DNA from: Paraspadella gotoi
Taxonomy: Eukaryota > Animalia > Chaetognatha
Direction of reading: 5' to 3'
Assembly: GCA_051294375.1 (NCBI GenBank)
Contig: CM119264.1
Location: 1,037,923-1,101,922 of the forward strand
Length of the DNA: 64,000 nucleotides
Of this stretch, positions 63,938 to 64,000 are shown one piece after another; the first letter of the stretch is position 1, and every line of letters starts with the position of its first letter. The notes beneath the pieces were generated by a model. The model was given only the letters and a program-made list of their open reading frames with translations. It did no database searches and had not been told where the DNA came from. Position numbers and translations under genes: made by a program.

Positions 63938-64000
63938 TGAGAGAGAAAGAGAGAGGAGAGAAGAGAGAGAGCCAATTTAACCTCTCTAAATCAAATCTTT

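Overview
AT-rich, microsatellite-laden animal (invertebrate-like) genomic DNA; there is no prokaryotic content. The left half holds a minus-strand Elk/Kv12 (KCNH/EAG family) potassium channel gene. I could splice 22 exons in frame from ATG 33395 to 2686 (about 902 aa: PAS, S1-S6, SVGFGN filter, CNBHD), and its 3' end probably lies beyond the window. Two genes sit inside it: a complete, divergent 8-exon PP2A catalytic-subunit paralog on the same strand in intron 13 (14724-9676), and an antisense 3-coding-exon gene for a secreted Cys-rich two-peptide precursor (903-2347). Many introns start or end with tandem repeats that copy the adjacent exon end and its splice site; the clearest is 12 x 77 bp of the exon-10 end plus donor. 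Intron 10 carries a 1.4-kb Penelope-like foldback with two minimal hammerhead ribozymes and a 14-bp TSD, plus a candidate alternative first exon that would give a PAS-less channel. A MITE-like family filled with degenerate TTAGGG repeats recurs in the introns. The right half is non-coding apart from TEs: a hAT MITE, HINE-like elements, SINEs, a LINE 3' end, and a 7.9-kb Ty3/Gypsy element with near-identical LTRs but a decayed pol. All gene models are manual readings without transcript evidence.
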